The position numbers and the translations under genes are program-made. Below the pieces are notes generated by a model. The model did no database searches and was not told the origin of the DNA. It saw only the letters and a program-made list of their open reading frames with translations. A stretch of 64,000 bases of DNA from an uncultured Verrucomicrobiae bacterium (GTDB lineage Bacteria > Verrucomicrobiota > Verrucomicrobiia > Chthoniobacterales > JAFAMB01): positions 2,656,001 to 2,720,000 of the forward strand of contig CAWIPH010000002.1 in assembly GCA_963837955.1 (NCBI GenBank), in the 5' to 3' direction. Shown piece by piece: positions 28,848 through 40,512 of this stretch (positions are counted from its first letter, which is position 1; each line of letters starts with the position of its first letter).

Positions 28848-29732
28848 GTGGATTCTCTCGCCCGGCGATTCTTCCTGCTCTCGTGCTCCGCGACCCTCCT
28901 CGTTTTTCCCGCTCGTGCCGACGAAAATTATTTCGGGTACAGTTTCGGCTCCGAAACCCTACCAAAAGGAAAATGGGAATTATATAGTTGGACCACGGGT
29001 CGCTTCGGCAAAGGAACCGGATCCTATTCCGCTTTCGATCTGAAGCAGGAAGTTGAGTATGGCGTCACCGATCGGTTCCAAATCGCTCTGGAGTGGAAGG
29101 AAAATCATACATATTTCACGGGTGGAGCCGGTCGAGAAACTCCAGATTCAAATACACCATTCCGGCGCAACCGATTCTCTTTTGTCGGCAACGGCCTCGA
29201 ACTGAAATACGCTTTCTCCAGTCCTTACAAGGATCCGGTTGGAATCGCTCTCTTCGTGGAGCCCGAATACGCGCTCACGGATAGCCCCTCGGGTGACAAG
29301 TTCCTCGAGTGGGAGATCGAAACGCGTTTACTCGTTCAGAAAAATTTCTTGGATGATAGACTGATCGCAGTTTTGAACTTAACAAACGAAACTGAGTGGG
29401 AGCGGCCCAGACCGTCCCACGGGGAAAGTTTCACCACAAATTTCAAGCCGGAGATCAGCACCGGCGTGAGCTACCGGTTCGCTTCGAACTGGTTTCTTGG
29501 TTTGGAGACGCGCTACGCGACCCAGTTGGCGAATGCGAATATTCGAAACCAGGTAGATTGGGCGTTCTCGGTTGGTCCAGCGCTTCACTACGCAGTTGGC
29601 CAGTGGTGGGCGACACTAACCTGGTTGCCGCAGGTAGCTGGTTGGCACGCCGGCGGATCGCGGTCAGGATCTCTGGATTTGAATAGCCACGAACGGAACG
29701 AGATTCGACTGAAGATTGGCTTCAATTTCTGA
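28848..29732 (+). CDS. Outer-membrane beta-barrel-like protein (DUF6662-like)
   Basis: Signal peptide ARA-DE; FGY....ETLPKG.WE; aromatic-rich strands; terminal KIGFNF. Confidence 0.75.
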   Translation: MDSLARRFFLLSCSATLLVFPARADENYFGYSFGSETLPKGKWELYSWTTGRFGKGTGSYSAFDLKQEVEYGVTDRFQIALEWKENHTYFTGGAGRETPDSNTPFRRNRFSFVGNGLELKYAFSSPYKDPVGIALFVEPEYALTDSPSGDKFLEWEIETRLLVQKNFLDDRLIAVLNLTNETEWERPRPSHGESFTTNFKPEISTGVSYRFASNWFLGLETRYATQLANANIRNQVDWAFSVGPALHYAVGQWWATLTWLPQVAGWHAGGSRSGSLDLNSHERNEIRLKIGFNF

Positions 29733-29811
29733 TGGGCTGAAGGTGTTAGCCAGCCGTTAGCGGTCTATTGTTGCTTGTGGTAAGCACTCGAACGACTCGG
29801 ACTCCCTTCTC

Positions 29812-29905
29812 CCGCTCCTTCAGAGCGACGCGTGTCTTTACGAGCGAACCCAGGGTTCCGCAAAGCCTCCACCCTGGGCTGAGTCCTCTTACGCCTTCGG
29901 CGTGC
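29812..29905. repeat. REP-like half element
   Basis: CCCAGGGT...ACCCTGGGCT hairpin flanked by GCTCCTTCAGAGC and ACGCCTTCGGCGT mini-hairpins. Confidence 0.6.
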
Positions 29906-30106
29906 AAGTCGACAATACATGTTCCGTTTAACTTCCTTACGGCGTTTGGCGCTCACTGTTACCGGCGTTTCCGGCGTCGTCGACGTTGCCGGCGTTCCTC
30001 TGACTTCTCACTGCTTGTTTCTCAATCCTCGCTCATCGTTTCCGGCACAGACGTCACCTCCAGTTGCGGCTTGGCCAGGCTGTGATTCTATTCGTCTCCA
30101 AGATCC

Positions 30107-32218
30107 ATGGATCCGCTCCAGGCCCTTGAGGCGTACTTCGGTTTTCCAGAGTTCAGAGAGCCACAGCAGGAAGTGATCTCTCACATCCTGGCCGGGAAGG
30201 ATGTTTTCGTACTGATGCCGACCGGTGGCGGGAAATCGCTTTGTTACCAGCTGCCGGCGCTTCTGTTGGAAGGTGTCACTATTGTAGTTTCACCTCTGGT
30301 GGCCCTGATGAAAGATCAGGTGGACAGTCTGACCGCGCGCGGTATTGCAGCCACGCAGATCAACAGCTCGATCCCAGCCAGCGAGCAACAACGCCGAATC
30401 CAGCAAATGCGTAACGGCGAATTTCGTCTGGTCTATATCGCGCCCGAGCGGTTCCGGAGCCGCTCTTTTCTGGAAGCGCTCGGTCGGGTAACGATCGCGC
30501 TGTTTGCCGTCGACGAAGCGCATTGCATCTCCCAGTGGGGTCATGATTTTAGGCCGGACTACTATCGCCTCGGCGCCGTTCTGGAGGAATTAGGCCGCCC
30601 CCAGACCGCAGCCTTCACGGCAACGGCGACACCTGAGGTACGATCGGATGTGGTCCAACAACTCGGTCTGCAAGAGCCAAGCCTCTTTGTCGCTGGGTTC
30701 GCTCGACCGAACTTACGCTTTCTTGTGACCAATGCGGAAAGCGAGGCGCAAAAGTACGCACGGCTTCGGGAGCTAATCGCCCAGCATCAAACCGGAATCA
30801 TTTATTGCGCCACCCGCAAACGAGTCGAACAAATCACTCAAGAGCTCAAGTCGTGGGGTGTGAAGGTGGTGGATTATCATGGTGGCATCGAGGATGAAGC
30901 GCGACGGACCGCCCAGAATCAGTTTAAACAGAGCGAGTGCGACGTCGTCGTAGCGACCAATGCGTTTGGTATGGGCATCGATCGCGCGGATCTGCGTTTC
31001 ATCGCGCACTTCGATATCCCGGGTTCGCTCGAAGCCTACTATCAAGAGGCTGGCCGTGCGGGCAGAGATGGAGAACCCGCGGTATGCGAGTTGTTATTTA
31101 ACTATGCCGACACCCGCGTACAAGAGTTTTTCATTGAAGGAAGTAATCCGCCGATCGAACTGATTCGAAACGTCTATCTGCTACTGCGAAATCTGGCAGG
31201 CGACACCTATGAGGTGGTGGTGCCGATTCGGGATCTGGCCGGTCGGCTCGGGGATGGCACTAACGAAATGGCCGTGCGCTCTGCGCTGACAATTCTTGAC
31301 CGGCACAAGATCATAGATCGTTACGACATTCCCGGAAGAAAGGTGCGCGGAACTAAACTTCTTCGACCTGATCTATTAGCGGCTCGTTTGCCGATCGATG
31401 TCGCGAGCCTTCGAAAAAAGGAAGAGAGAGATCAAGCCAAGCTGAGGGCCATGATCAATTACGCTTACGGGCGGGAATGCCGGCAAGGCATGATTCTCCG
31501 GTACTTTGGCGATCCCGCGGCGGCGAATTGCGGAGCCTGCGACCGGTGCACGAAAGATCGCTCAAAGAATGTCCGTGAGCCGAGCGACGAAGAGCGCTTG
31601 ACCGTGCGAAAACTGTTGAGCGGCGTCGCCAGAATGTCGCAACGCACCGAGAAAGGCTTTCTTCCGCGCTTTGGACGAACCCGGATGATCCAGGTGCTGC
31701 TTGGGAGCAAGGCGCGCGAAGTGGCCGATACGCATTTGGATCGGCTCAGTACCTACGGACTGTTGAAAGAGAAGTCTGCAAACTATCTTCATGACCTGTT
31801 CCGGGAGCTGGAGGAAGCGCAACTGCTCTACTCCACCGGCGGCCAGTATCCAACGATCGGTCTGACACCAGCGGGAGTAGACGTGATGCTGGATCGCGCC
31901 TCATTTCAAATCGTTTGGCCGGTCGAGCAGAAGACAAAGAAACTCGGAAAAGCGATCCCGGAAGACTCCGAACTCCCGTTTGATGTCGGCCTGTTTGAGG
32001 AGCTTCGCAAGCTCCGAGCCAAACTGGCAGCCGAAGAGGGCGGCGTTCCCCACTATCTGATCTTTTCGGACGAAACGCTGAAATCGTTTGCGCGAATTCG
32101 GCCCCAATCGCCGGAGGCCGCCCGGCGGATCCGAGGTGTAGGCGAGATGAAAATGGCGAAGTATGTCCCGGCGTTTTTGGAAGTAATTCGGAACGTGCGA
32201 GGCGGTGAAACCCTTTAA
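30107..32218 (+). CDS. recQ: ATP-dependent DNA helicase RecQ family (RQC + HRDC)
   Basis: MPTGGGKSLCYQ, VDEAHCISQWGHDFRP, YYQEAGRAGRDG, CR...CGACDRC, HRDC. Confidence 0.95.
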   Translation: MDPLQALEAYFGFPEFREPQQEVISHILAGKDVFVLMPTGGGKSLCYQLPALLLEGVTIVVSPLVALMKDQVDSLTARGIAATQINSSIPASEQQRRIQQMRNGEFRLVYIAPERFRSRSFLEALGRVTIALFAVDEAHCISQWGHDFRPDYYRLGAVLEELGRPQTAAFTATATPEVRSDVVQQLGLQEPSLFVAGFARPNLRFLVTNAESEAQKYARLRELIAQHQTGIIYCATRKRVEQITQELKSWGVKVVDYHGGIEDEARRTAQNQFKQSECDVVVATNAFGMGIDRADLRFIAHFDIPGSLEAYYQEAGRAGRDGEPAVCELLFNYADTRVQEFFIEGSNPPIELIRNVYLLLRNLAGDTYEVVVPIRDLAGRLGDGTNEMAVRSALTILDRHKIIDRYDIPGRKVRGTKLLRPDLLAARLPIDVASLRKKEERDQAKLRAMINYAYGRECRQGMILRYFGDPAAANCGACDRCTKDRSKNVREPSDEERLTVRKLLSGVARMSQRTEKGFLPRFGRTRMIQVLLGSKAREVADTHLDRLSTYGLLKEKSANYLHDLFRELEEAQLLYSTGGQYPTIGLTPAGVDVMLDRASFQIVWPVEQKTKKLGKAIPEDSELPFDVGLFEELRKLRAKLAAEEGGVPHYLIFSDETLKSFARIRPQSPEAARRIRGVGEMKMAKYVPAFLEVIRNVRGGETL

Positions 32219-32221
32219 ATT

Positions 32222-32592
32222 CTCACGCAAAGACGCAAAGGCGCAAAGACGGATTTGAATAGAAGGTAACGGAGGAAATAGAGGGCGGGTGTTCTGGCGT
32301 GTCGGCGTAACGGCGTGTCGGCGTAACGATACGGCGGGTAGGGCGAAACAGATCCAGCGAAGGCAGGATCTGTGAGCTTGGCGTATTGGTAGCGGCGCAG
32401 GACGCGGCTCAAACCCGGCGCGGGCAGGCCAGGGATCCCTTGTCGTCATATGTCGCGCCGAGGTTTTCGCCCTACCATTATCGGCGACGGCAACCGCGAA
32501 ACGTTCCGTCACGCCGATCCGCTACCAAACCGCCAAGCTCACAGATCCTGCCTTCGCAGGATCTGTTTCGCCCTACCCGTCTTTGCGTGAGA
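32222..32592. repeat. GTAG REPIN copy 2 (32335-32579) nested inside CGCAAAG-element arms
   Basis: Same arms and spacer as 27709-27959; outer TCTCACGCAAAGACG / CGTCTTTGCGTGAGA; CGGCGTGT/CGGCGTAA octamers. Confidence 0.88.
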
Positions 32593-32660
32593 TTTTCCGG
32601 CATCCAGAGTTACGGAATTAATCCCCTTGCGTACTAGTAATCTCCCGGAATAGTTTGTTT

Positions 32661-34618
<1,958 letters not shown>

Positions 34619-34714
34619 GCGCGGCGAATCCGGCGCGGACAAGCTCAACCGACGGAGTAGCGCTCCACCGCGCCGAGGTTAAACTGTCTTTTCAAGCCCC
34701 CGGGGACCCGAATC

Positions 34715-37495
34715 TCAAAAATTCTTCTCTAGCCCCAAAATGCGGGCGCGGACCGCCGCATTCCTTTTGTCCAACTCGGCCGGAATGCTCTGAAATTCGC
34801 GGTCGGACCTAAATAGATCGAGGCCGGGATCCACTCTTCCCAACACCGGATCGGGGAAGCCGCCATTGGCAATTAAATTGTGCAGCTCCTGGTAAGCGGC
34901 GTCTTTGCGCTCAAGCAGCCGATTACCGACAGCCAGGTCAAAACGCATCCAACGCGGCGATTTTGAGGTTGGCAATTTCTGTTGAGCCAAAGCCACTACC
35001 CGCTCCGCTGCCTGGCGGGCATCCTCTTCTCGCTTCGTTCCGCGCAACGCCAGAGCCAGGCGGAGCAAGCTCGTCGGATTATCTTTGTCCGATTTAGCTT
35101 CGATGGTTCGAATGACCGCCGGCCAATCCCCGACTTGCATGGAACAGAAAAGAACCAAATCGCCGGCAGCCGTATAATGTGTTTTCAGGTCCGGAGACAA
35201 CTGTCGCAATCCGGGCAGCGCCATTGCGTAGTCTCCCCGGTACACGAGCCGTTCGTTCTCCATCAATTGACGTCTCTGCGGATTCGTCTCCAGGTAGATA
35301 GCGCGCTGCATCCATTTTTCGGCGAGCTCTTTTTCTCCGACGGTCCAGCAGATTAGGGCTAGCTCATAAGGCGCCCAGGAATCGAATGGGTTAGTGACGA
35401 AACACTTTCGAATCGATGCGTACATTTCCTCTTGGCGTCTGAATTCGGTAGATTCGGCAGCTGCCATGCGGTTGGCATCCCAGTCGTTTGGGGCGAGTTC
35501 CAAGGCTTTGCGCACCGGCGCGTCCATTCGGTCGAACCAACCTTTGAGGCTGAACGCGCCCGCCAGCGAGGTGTAGGCGCGTAGTTGCGTCGCGTCGAGC
35601 GCAATCGCCTGTTGGCAAAGGTTAACAGCGGAGTCTAGCCAGAAGTTGTCTCCGTGGAACCGCTTGACTCTGTCAATATAGGCGTCGGCCAGCCCAACAT
35701 AGGCGAGGGCAAACTTCGGGTCCTGTTCCATCGCTTGTTTGAACAGTTCAATCGCCTTGTCGTTATCTTCCTGGAGATGGAGCTCCCACAATGTTCGTCC
35801 ATGGAGATAAAGGTCGTAAGCGGTCAAGTTTTCGGTCGGTCCGCGCCGGAGATTGGCGCGTTCATCGGCAGAAAGTTTTGCCCGTAGAGCCGTGGCTATT
35901 TGCTCCGCCAGATCGGTCTGAATGGCAAACACATCCTGGAGCTCGCGATCGTACGACGCTCCCCAGAGCCTCTGGTTAGTGCGTCCGTCATAAAGGATCG
36001 TTACGATTTTAACCCGATTTTCGACCCGCTGAATTGTGCTTTCCAGAACTGCGCCAACATTTAGCTCGGCCCCGATCTCATTTAATGGTGGACGGTGCGC
36101 ACCGGTAACATCCTTATAGCGAAGTATCGAACTGCGGGCAATGACTCGGAGATCAGCAACTTTGGATAACTGATAAATCACCTCAGAGGTAAGTCCGTCG
36201 CTGAAGTACTCATTTTCCTTGCTATCGCTCAGATTATCGAACGGCAGCACAGCGATGGACTTGGCGGCCGCAAAGTCAGAGCGGTATTTGGGAATCAAGA
36301 AATAAAACCCAATTCCAGAAGCAACTGCCAGAAGCGTCATGCCCATCCCAACCCATCTTGCCAGCCTCCTCCCTCCCTTCCGCGCAACTGCTGCTACGGA
36401 TCCGCGTTCTGACACCAGCGTTTGCCTGACCGAGCGCACCGCCGCTCGAAGCTCGGAGGGATTTTGCGGGCGCCGGGCGGGGTCCTTTTCCAGCAGGCGT
36501 TTGAGCAAAACGACTGTTGGCTCCGGGATATTTTTAAGTTGCTCGAGTGGGAGCGGTGCGTGTAGGTGCTGGCCCATTACCTGGACGGTCGTACCGGTGA
36601 AGGGCACCTTACCCGTCAGCATCTCCCAGAGAGTCACACCCAAAGAATAAATGTCGGAGCGAATGTCGACCTCACCGCCTGCGCATTGCTCCGGGCTGGC
36701 AAAAAGAGCGGTCCCGGTGAATGTACCTGGCGTGGAAACCGCCGGATCGGAATGGGCGCCGGATGCCGCTTTAGCTAAGCCAAAATCAATGACTTTAACG
36801 CTTACGCTACCGCCTTCGCCAAAGCGGAGCATAAGATTCCCGGGCTTGATGTCGCGATGGACGATTTGTTCCTGGTGAGCGGCTTCCAGCGCTGCCGCGA
36901 CCTGGTCAACAATATCGAGAGCCAGTGCCACCGGCATCGGCCCTCGGCTCTCTATGACCTGGTCTAGCGCTTCGCCCTCCACGAACTCCATGGCGTAGAA
37001 ATAGTCACCATTCTTCGTTCCGAGATGAAAAACAGTCGCGACGTTAGGGTGGCGAAGGCGAGCCGCGGCACGAGCTTCGCGTACAAACCGAAGGCGCGCC
37101 GATTCGTCGTTCAGGTAGCGAGCATTGATAAGTTTGAGCGCTACCGGGCAGCGAAGATTCCTGTCGAATCCCCGATAAGTCACACCCATCGCCCCGCGCC
37201 CCAGCTCAATCGGCATACCATCCCCACCGGTTAGAAGCTCATAATGATCAAATCTGTGGGGCGACGGCGCTTCTAGGTCTTTGCCGCCACCCAGCACCGG
37301 GGCGCTGTCAGTCGCCGTTGGGCTTGATGCTACTCCGGGATCGAGCGCATCCCGCAGCTGGCAGACCGGACATCGATCGGAGGGAAGCGAATCCGGAATC
37401 TTTGTACCGCACTTCGGACAGCTAGAAATCGCCTTGTTGGATCCAGTCGCTTCAGCTTTCTTATGAACCGTTGCGTCTTTTGGTCCCTCATTCAT
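34715..37495 (-). CDS. Membrane Ser/Thr kinase with N-terminal Zn-ribbon, TolB-like (SIAVLPF) and TPR domains
   Basis: CPKC..CPVC; GRGAMG, HRDIKPGN, DFGLA, ASPEQ; TM helix; SIAVLPFDNLS. Confidence 0.93.
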   Translation of the reverse strand: MNEGPKDATVHKKAEATGSNKAISSCPKCGTKIPDSLPSDRCPVCQLRDALDPGVASSPTATDSAPVLGGGKDLEAPSPHRFDHYELLTGGDGMPIELGRGAMGVTYRGFDRNLRCPVALKLINARYLNDESARLRFVREARAAARLRHPNVATVFHLGTKNGDYFYAMEFVEGEALDQVIESRGPMPVALALDIVDQVAAALEAAHQEQIVHRDIKPGNLMLRFGEGGSVSVKVIDFGLAKAASGAHSDPAVSTPGTFTGTALFASPEQCAGGEVDIRSDIYSLGVTLWEMLTGKVPFTGTTVQVMGQHLHAPLPLEQLKNIPEPTVVLLKRLLEKDPARRPQNPSELRAAVRSVRQTLVSERGSVAAVARKGGRRLARWVGMGMTLLAVASGIGFYFLIPKYRSDFAAAKSIAVLPFDNLSDSKENEYFSDGLTSEVIYQLSKVADLRVIARSSILRYKDVTGAHRPPLNEIGAELNVGAVLESTIQRVENRVKIVTILYDGRTNQRLWGASYDRELQDVFAIQTDLAEQIATALRAKLSADERANLRRGPTENLTAYDLYLHGRTLWELHLQEDNDKAIELFKQAMEQDPKFALAYVGLADAYIDRVKRFHGDNFWLDSAVNLCQQAIALDATQLRAYTSLAGAFSLKGWFDRMDAPVRKALELAPNDWDANRMAAAESTEFRRQEEMYASIRKCFVTNPFDSWAPYELALICWTVGEKELAEKWMQRAIYLETNPQRRQLMENERLVYRGDYAMALPGLRQLSPDLKTHYTAAGDLVLFCSMQVGDWPAVIRTIEAKSDKDNPTSLLRLALALRGTKREEDARQAAERVVALAQQKLPTSKSPRWMRFDLAVGNRLLERKDAAYQELHNLIANGGFPDPVLGRVDPGLDLFRSDREFQSIPAELDKRNAAVRARILGLEKNF

Positions 37496-38256
37496 AGCCG
37501 GCCTTCAGCGGCGACCAAGGCCTCGCATAGAGCGTGGATTTCCTCATCGATTTCAGCGGGATCCGAAACCGTGCGGCCGACCTCCTGCCGCAGAAATGCA
37601 GCGTATTGCTTGCGGAATCGATGGACCGCGGTCTTGGCCGCACCGACGCTGACACCGAGCGTTTTAGCTACTTCCTCGTACGATGGCGGAGCCTTACCAA
37701 CGTCCACTCCGACAAAGACTCTTAACACTTCGAACCGCGCTGTTTCGCCACATGCAGCGGATTGTTCTCGCAAACGGTTTACCGCCCGAGTCAGTAAAGT
37801 CATTGCCCAACGAGCGTCGAAAATCTTCTCGGCCGTTAGTTGGTCGGTTGGTTCGAGCTGGTAGCGATTCTCAGCATCCTCCGCGTCGAGAACCACAAAT
37901 TCAAGATTCCCACCGCGTTTGAGTGAACGGGCCCGGTCTGACTCGTCCGCCAAGAAATTCTGGAATGAGGCGAGCAAGAATGATCGAAACTTGCCTTTCA
38001 ATGGATCGACGCGCTTAAGTGCTCGGTGTTCCAACAGATGCAAAAAGAATCCTTGGGTAAGGTCTTGCGCGTCGTGCGGCGCCTGTCCGCGGCGGCGAGC
38101 AAAAGCGTATAAGGGATACCAGTAGTGCTGGCAAAGTTCGGTGAGCGCGGCTTGACTCCCTGGCACATGGCTCTCCGCAGCAAGAAGGATCACGCTCCAG
38201 CGAGTAGTGCGAAACTGCGCTGGGTCACCCGATATCGAACCGTGCTCCTGATTCAC
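37492..38256 (-). CDS. ECF sigma factor of the kinase-associated type
   Basis: F.TTRWS, LC..YWYPLYAF, DAQDLTQGFF, KTAVHR.R; stop overlaps the kinase start. Confidence 0.88.
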   Translation of the reverse strand: MNQEHGSISGDPAQFRTTRWSVILLAAESHVPGSQAALTELCQHYWYPLYAFARRRGQAPHDAQDLTQGFFLHLLEHRALKRVDPLKGKFRSFLLASFQNFLADESDRARSLKRGGNLEFVVLDAEDAENRYQLEPTDQLTAEKIFDARWAMTLLTRAVNRLREQSAACGETARFEVLRVFVGVDVGKAPPSYEEVAKTLGVSVGAAKTAVHRFRKQYAAFLRQEVGRTVSDPAEIDEEIHALCEALVAAEGRL

Positions 38257-38892
38257 TGGGATCTCTCATTCAGAGCAGCAAATCAACTAAAGCAGCGGAT
38301 AATTTCGGTGTCGACATGGAATTTAATAGAACCGGACAAAGTTATTGCGTGCTGATCTGGACCGTGTCCGCGACACCTCCCGTCAAGAACGGAGGTGGCT
38401 TCAAGTACAATCTCGCCCACTTCAGACCGGACCAAAAGGGCTCTGATCCTTGCGATCCAGTCGGTCGTTTTCTCGGTCGTCTCTTAAGTCTGGTAGTTGC
38501 TCGTCTGCCATACCTGAAAGCTTGGGCTTTTTGGTCGACTGCAGCAGGACCAGCCCTGCGAGAGTGAGCGCGCCCAAGATTGATCCTAGTAGTGTTTTCA
38601 TACCGGTTTTTTCTACTGCTCAGCGTCAGCCTTAGCGTTGCGGACGGCTGGCCTTCTAACTCGGTACTAAGGAATTGCGCTTTCCGAGTTTCGGGATTTC
38701 TGAGCAGCGACTCAGATTTCTGCGCCTATCGATGACTGATCACCGGACTATGTCGGACCGGCGATCGCCGCTACCGAATGTGTTCGTTTCGCGCGCGCAC
38801 TGGAACTGAATTGTCCAGAGCCATTAAAACATCATCAATATTTCAACTCACCCCTAGCGGATTATCCCGACTGTCGTTAGACTAGAAAAGTA

Positions 38893-40446
38893 GTGAAGTT
38901 GGGAGTTGATTTCGGAACCAATAGGATTGTTGTAGCCGCTGCCGATCGGGGTAATTATCCGCTCGTCAGCTTCGAAGCTGCCGATGGCACGTCACCCGAT
39001 TGGTTTCCTGCGTTGGTAGCGATCTGCGGTGACGAGCGCCTCTATGGGTGGGACGCCTACGATAACCAAGGCAACGAATCCTGGACCGTGATCCGCTCTA
39101 TCAAGCGCCTCTTGGAAGACGCCGGCCCGCGAACTCTACTCGATCTGGGTAAACAACAGCTCAAACTCGCCGGGCTGCTCGACGGTCTCACCAGCGCTCT
39201 GCTCACCGCTCTGCGCCAACGCTCGAATCTGCGCATCCGTTCCGGCGAGCGGCTGCAGATCGTCCTCGGCGTCCCAGCCCACGCAAACAGCAATCAGCGC
39301 TTCCTGACGGTGGAGTCGTTTCGGAACGCAGGCTTCGAAGTGCTCGGCGTACTGAATGAACCCAGCGCCGCCAGTATCGAGTTTGGCCATCGCGAACGCC
39401 AGAGCAAGGCGAGCCCCGAAACCATCCTCGTTTACGACCTCGGCGGAGGTACCTTTGATGCTTCGCTGGTCACGCTCGACGAAAATGTCCATCACGTCGT
39501 GGCCTCCGAAGGCATCCCGACCATTGGCGGGGACGACTTCGACCAGATCCTCGCTGATCTGGCGCTCGAAGCCGCAGGAATCGATCAAAGGGCCGGCGAC
39601 AGTCTTCCAGCTGCAGCCTGGTTCCGCCTGCTCGAAGAATGCCGCCAAAAAAAAGAAGCACTGAATCCGAATTCCCGCCGCATCACGATCGATTTAGAGC
39701 ACGCGCACCCGGACTGGCAGCCTGTTCAAATTCCCGTCGCTGAGTTTTACGAAACCGCCCGTCCAGCTGTGGAAGAAACCATCCACGCAGCCGAAGATCT
39801 GAGCCTCCAATGTGACGTGCTTTACATCACCGGAGGCGGGAGCGAACTGCCTTTAATCGCTCGCATGCTCCGTGAACGGTTCGGCCGCCGGGTGCGCCGC
39901 TCCGCTTATGCACGCTCGGCCACTGCCATCGGCCTCGCGATTCAAGCCGATCAACCCGGCACCTATCGCCTAAGCGAGCGCCTTTCGCGTTCCTTTGGCG
40001 TCTGGAGGGAGGGGAACTGCGGTTCATCCATCATCTTCGATCCGCTATTTGAAAAGGGACTCACCCTGCCTTCACCGGGCGAGCCAAATCTCTCTATCTC
40101 GCGCTGTTATTCCCCGGTCCATAATATTGGCCATTTCCGTTTCCTCGAATGCAGCCACCGCTCCCCGGTTGGTGCGCCTAGCGACGAAATTGCGCTCTGG
40201 GATGAGATCCGCTTTCCGTTCGATCCTGCATTCGCGAATGCGCCTGATCTGCAATCTACTGCCGTCGTCCATTCACCGGGGGCGGCCGCTCAAAAGATCG
40301 AGGAGCGCTACGAATGTGATTCCGGCGGCTCCCTCACCATCACCATCGCTAACCTCACTGCTGGTTACTCCCGCACTTATCGCCTCGGTCGCTGGTCTCT
40401 TGACTCCAAGCCAGTGAAACCGACCCGCAAAAGGAGAAGTAGCTAG
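38893..40446 (+). CDS. Atypical Hsp70-family protein
   Basis: GVDFGT, LNEPSAA, YDLGGGTFD, GGDDFD, ITGGGS. Confidence 0.88.
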   Translation: MKLGVDFGTNRIVVAAADRGNYPLVSFEAADGTSPDWFPALVAICGDERLYGWDAYDNQGNESWTVIRSIKRLLEDAGPRTLLDLGKQQLKLAGLLDGLTSALLTALRQRSNLRIRSGERLQIVLGVPAHANSNQRFLTVESFRNAGFEVLGVLNEPSAASIEFGHRERQSKASPETILVYDLGGGTFDASLVTLDENVHHVVASEGIPTIGGDDFDQILADLALEAAGIDQRAGDSLPAAAWFRLLEECRQKKEALNPNSRRITIDLEHAHPDWQPVQIPVAEFYETARPAVEETIHAAEDLSLQCDVLYITGGGSELPLIARMLRERFGRRVRRSAYARSATAIGLAIQADQPGTYRLSERLSRSFGVWREGNCGSSIIFDPLFEKGLTLPSPGEPNLSISRCYSPVHNIGHFRFLECSHRSPVGAPSDEIALWDEIRFPFDPAFANAPDLQSTAVVHSPGAAAQKIEERYECDSGGSLTITIANLTAGYSRTYRLGRWSLDSKPVKPTRKRRSS

Positions 40447-40512
40447 GCGAGATGCGCCGGTAATCATGCGGTTGCATCTGGCAGCCTTACGATTCTTCCA
40501 CGATTTATCCGA

